Of a stretch of 64,000 bases of DNA, positions 47,799 through 64,000 are shown piece after piece. The translations under genes and the position numbers were made by a program. The DNA is from Amoebidium appalachense. Lineage: Eukaryota; Protista; Ichthyosporea. How positions within the stretch are numbered: position 1 is the first letter of the stretch; each line of letters begins with the position of its first letter. The notes beneath the pieces were generated by a model. The model was not told the origin of the DNA and did no database searches. It was given only the letters and a program-made list of their open reading frames with translations. The stretch covers positions 1,178,001-1,242,000 of the forward strand of contig CAVNZM010000010.1 of assembly GCA_963693365.1 (NCBI GenBank), given 5' to 3'.

Positions 47799-50700
47799 TG
47801 CCGCTTATGACGCCGTGTTTTGAGTGAAACCGACCGACCAAATTCGTTAAACAGGTCTTGGTCACGTGGTCACCATGAATGAAAAGAAACGTCACACTAG
47901 GGTAAAGAGAGGAGCACTACCTCCAGATTTTCACGTGGTTTTGCTCAAACACATGCAGTGTAACACTATTAGAAGTATGGTGTGTCTGATTCGGCAGTGA
48001 AAATCGTTCGGCCTAAAAACCCCACAAGATAAAAGGAAATTGCGGGGTCAAGTTGTGTTGTGCTGCCAGCACATGGGTAGGTCAAACTATACGAAACCCA
48101 AACAGGAAAAACGATAAGAAGAAAGTATTACTGATAATAATTGTACACGAAGTTACCAGTATGTAACAAAGAGAACTCAATAAAATAAGGGAGCACACAC
48201 TAAGAAAATGCAAAAAACGTGCTTTCCTGCTTCACGGCGAAAATACAATGACTTACAGAGTTGGGATTAAGAGAAGGAAAAGTCAAAAAAAGACACTAAA
48301 AAAAGAGCTTGGAGTGTTTAACGCATCCTGGCGCAATTTGGGCGCCCTGTTTTCTTCTCCTAGCTTCAAGAGTTTAGAGCTAAAAATCAATGTATTGTTT
48401 CATCGTAAAAAACGAAAACACAACTTAGAAAAAAGAATACTGCACTCGAGAGTGCTGTGAACGTACTCCAGCCGAGCAAGCCGGGGGTGGTCACGTAGCA
48501 AGTACGATTAGTCTGAAAATAAATGACGTCCTAGTATCTTGAAACTCGAGCACGTGTTTGCCCTCATTTGTGGTACTGCCACTACGATTGTCGGGTTCAA
48601 AGAGAAATTTTAATTCCTAGAGGAATATTATTTTGAAGCTTTAATAATTTTTTCTTGTACTAGAAACTCTATATTTCTCGAAAGAGCCCTCGTTATGCTG
48701 TGTACAGCTCAATAGCAATACACGCCCTGGGGTAAGTTTGCACAGATATGGTTTACAAGTGTAGACTATGTGTTTGGGACATAAATACCACGCACAAAGA
48801 CAAGATCATCAAAAAGATGGAATTCACCATGCGAAAATTGCATACATGTAGAAATTTTCACAACGGCATATAAACGAAAACAAATGGTACACATCACTTC
48901 ATATGTTTCAAATATATTTCTTTTCTTGAAATAACCCGGGTACATAGAATTTGTTATTTCATATTAGGTCACCTTTATTGAGGTTTTTTTGGTTGTGGCA
49001 GTTGAGATATCAACTTATCGTTTTCACTCCTGCCTTTAGTGTTTATTTGTATTTTTATACCTTTGGGTCAACGTCCATATTCCAGTGAGCCTACTTCTCA
49101 TTTGAGTGACTCGAAAATCGTCTCTCGAGATATCTGGGATATCTCTTTTTCGTGCTTCGAACATATGAGCACATATTAATGCAGTCATTATAAAAAAAAG
49201 TTCTTTCGTAAGTCGCATGCGCACGTGTCAACCGATCACCAGGCATTTCAAGGTCCCGTAGCAAGATCATGTAGAGGAATATTGTGCCAAAAACCCCAAT
49301 TTTCAAAATCCCGAAATGCAAATACTGGTATGGTACTGTGAGTAGGGCATAGCTACAGCACTGTTAAGTCAAGCTCACTGCACACTTTTTCGTTATTAAC
49401 TCGGTTATGCGAGCGAATTGCATGCATGTTGATGTAGTTTCGTATATACAAAATCACATCGATAAACTTGAGGTATTCGGAAGGTTACCATTTTTGAGGC
49501 ATATGCCAGGGGGTTTTTGTTTTAATCCAGGAAAAATCGCTGGCTCACGTAGAAACGGCCACAAATGCACATCGGTTTCGCATTTTTCTATTTGCTATTG
49601 TCACGAGCTCTATTCTTCCCACGCGGCCATGAGAAAATAATGCTGTCCTGTTTTCGTCTAAAAATACTCTAAACAGCTACAACAAACACAGTCAACTCGG
49701 TTATTCAACAATACATGAACAAACTGGCAGGGCTGAAAACTGAGACCGAATCGCGGAAAAAATAACTTGCATTACCGACAGCCGGAATCCGGATTACTGC
49801 CGAAGATCGGATCCACATAACCGGCTACTAAGTAGCATGACATTTATCAAATAGATGGGTGGCTGTCGAAAGATGGTGAATATATTCCAAAATGTCAAAT
49901 TCGGACTACGGTAATGGAGTTAGTCTACGCATTACGTCGACCAAATAAAGCCGACAAAGAAGTGTGTATTTTTGACTAACATGAAATAAATTGAAAAGAA
50001 GTTTAATGAAAGTGAAAATTTGGGTCAAAGTTACTAATATTATGCTACCTTTTGATCGACGTGCTTAGCCGGCGGCCCTGCTCACGCATCAGCCTGTTGT
50101 TAATGACCAATCAGCGGTTTAACGGACGGAGGTCGAAAGGTTACATACCTGAGGCCTCACGCAACTGTTAGAGTTCATGTGTGTGTGTGTGTGTGTGTGT
50201 GATACTGAAGCGAGGTCAAGTTCTATAATTCTAATATTTTAGTCTATAATATCACAATTTATAGAGTATACAAGGAATTCTCAACTCAGTAAGTAAGTCA
50301 GGCAACATGATTTCATCAAGGAGTGAGGTGCACGCACCGAATGGCTTTTTTCACACTACTTTTTAATCGAATTTCCGGAATGTGGGTGGGATCCCCCAAA
50401 TACTCTTTCATGCATGTTACACTGTGACAGCTGCAGGCAAGGACGTTGACATATGTTCAGATATATGGTGGCAGCTACAGGTTGGTCTTATTTTTCAGCT
50501 GAATTATTATTCAAAGATAAAAAATAAATATAAGTGGATTATACGGTGGCCTATGGGCAGAAGAGCCCAGTCAGGTACTATGGCAGAACAACTCAGAGAA
50601 ATTCTCACTATTTTCGAGTTAAGCCCACAAAAGAAAAAAACGCTGAGGAATTATTACAACCTTTTCAATGTATAATAGAAATAAAATGCATGCCTTTTGG

Positions 50701-51916
50701 CCTTGCTAGGCCATTTTCCACGGAAGACTCACACGCTACGTCACATGTGCACACCAGCATCATGCGGCATGTGATGCCAAGCATGGGTCACGAATATCAA
50801 AAGAAACAATAAAAAGAACCATAACACCCAACCAATGGAGGTAGTGGGTGATTCAAGGATTAGTTCGCAAGAAGCATTGTGATTAGTCGAAACACCGTTT
50901 CTATATCCTATTGGCTATTCATCCTGCTTTGATTGGCCCTTGAAGCATGCGCCAACTTTTTTAGGCTATTTGACATGTGAGCGGGATATCCTACTTTTTT
51001 TCTTATTTTATAAATTTGGTTTTAACAAACATATAATAATAGCCAGCTTTGGTGAGAATTGATCGATGCAAAAAATGTAACTATCTTGTCGAGGCACATT
51101 CCCTTCGCACCCGACTCAAAAAAAAAAAAAAAAAAAAAAAAACTTTGATCAAGAAACATAAGCCAGTCTCGTCATCGGAGTCCACGTGTGCATGATCCAC
51201 AATTGGCCCGACCGGGGGTGTGAAAATGAGATATATTTGATAGGTTTTCTGTTTGCCAAGTATTGTTCTCACAGGGTATTTCCTTTTATCTTTGTCCCTA
51301 TTAGTGCCACTGGTTGGAAACTTAGTGGAACTAGCCAACATATGTTCTATTTAGTAAAAAAAAAAAAACTTTCAGGGAGGGTTTTTGGTGGCCAGAATAT
51401 AACGTAACCTGGCAACGTATGAGACATGGACGTGTTCGAAATCAACCAGTAAGCTGCATCATGATTCATGAGTCACACTTGCTCACCAGCTGACTCAGTG
51501 ACGACATGTGGATGATTGGTTGTTGAGGTAATTATGTAATTTATGTAGCACAAGGCAAATGTGTGAATATGAAAGTGACCAAGAAAGGCAAAGCACTATT
51601 GCACACTTCACACAGCCAATAAAAAAGAACAGAAGAAAATAGCTAAATAAAGAAAAATGAGCGAGAGAGATGGCTGGGTGAAAAATACATGGGTGGATAT
51701 TAACCGGACCCAAAAATACCTGAATACAGCCATGCGATCCGCGATCCAGTCACATTCCAGTCGGGCGCGTGCGCGGCACGTATCCTTTGGAATAGCTTCT
51801 GAATATTCGAAGAATATTATGTAATAGCTTCTGAATATTCGAAGAATATTGTTGTATTTCCACGATTATCTTTAGTACTAGTACACGTATGGTCTTCGTA
51901 TTTTTTTCGTGTGTAC

Positions 51917-52007
<91 letters not shown>

Positions 52008-52052
52008 TGTGTCTGTGAGTGTGTGTCTGTGAGTCGTGTGTGTGTGTGTGTG

Positions 52053-52106
<54 letters not shown>

Positions 52107-52160
52107 CAGTGTGTGTATGTGTGTGTACGTGTGTGCGTGTCTGTGTCGTGTGTGTGTGTC

Positions 52161-52230
<70 letters not shown>

Positions 52231-52267
52231 AGTGTGTGTGTGTGTGTATAAAATAAAAATAAAAAAA

Positions 52268-52299
<32 letters not shown>

Positions 52300-52623
52300 C
52301 TCTGTGAGAGTCGACTGTCACGGTGCACACGCTTTGAATCAGAGTGTATTCACAGCTAGTAAGACAAAAATGCGTCCTCTCTAATTATCTCTTGCAAAAC
52401 TGATAATACAACTTTTGAAAGAAAACACGGCATTCTAAGTTGACAAAAACAACGCGCACAAAGGTAATAACAGGCTGCAATCATATATCATCTCATGACA
52501 CTTGAAACAATAACACACAACATCGTGCATAATTGATAATCAGAAGGCATCACCGTTGAAACTGCAATTAATAATGCACGGTTGGTCATTTTGAAATTCA
52601 GGTATGCTTTTGTCTCCCCCATA

Positions 52624-52658
<35 letters not shown>

Positions 52659-52846
52659 CTCTCTTTCACGGGAGAAAATGGTCGCAGTAAACTTTGGAAA
52701 CCTTCGGAACAAAAAGACATATCTATGTGGAAAAAAGCAACTGTTTGCCACCCCCCCCCCCCCCCCCCCCCCGCTCAAAAAAAAAAAAGGGGGGGGGGGG
52801 GGGTTTTACGTTGTCCTCACACTTCAATCAACTGAAATTTGGTTGC

Positions 52847-63785
<10,939 letters not shown>

Positions 63786-63930
63786 CTGTGAAATTTCAAG
63801 AGGGTTTTAGGATACTACCCCCCTGCCCCCCTGCCCCCCTCCCCCTCCCCCCCCCCCGTTTTCTTACCGTTGTTCTGCGGTGCCTAATTAGTCGATGCCG
63901 ACTTGCGTGCCTACTTCCCTCCCCCCCCAA

Positions 63931-64000
<70 letters not shown>

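Overview
Eukaryotic genomic window, rich in (CA)n/(GT)n, (GA)n and poly-G/C tracts; most of the ORF track is low-complexity noise. An SH2-domain gene suggests a holozoan-like protist, but that is inference. The first ~19 kb is repeat-dominated: the 3' end of a Ty3/Gypsy chromovirus (integrase-chromodomain, PPT, 3' LTR), a ~183-bp satellite, local duplications, and a decayed APE-type LINE with a second LINE nested in it. The rest holds an intronless 7TM-like gene (+) and three spliced minus-strand genes reconstructed exon by exon: an SH2-RGS protein, an Unkempt-like CCCH zinc-finger protein with a SAM domain, and the 3' part of an ATM1/ABCB7 transporter. Two more LINE fragments lie between them. 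The most unusual signal is a ~240-270-nt non-coding element with covarying stems and a probable pseudoknot. It has four clear copies plus diverged 3' stubs, all intronic, all sense to the host gene, with a fixed 3' end abutting C-runs and variable 5' truncation. Also notable are (CA)n tracts in place of polypyrimidine tracts at many acceptors, an intronic array of branch-point-like motifs, and tandem decoy copies of a splice acceptor. Several frameshifts fall in homopolymers and may be sequencing errors.
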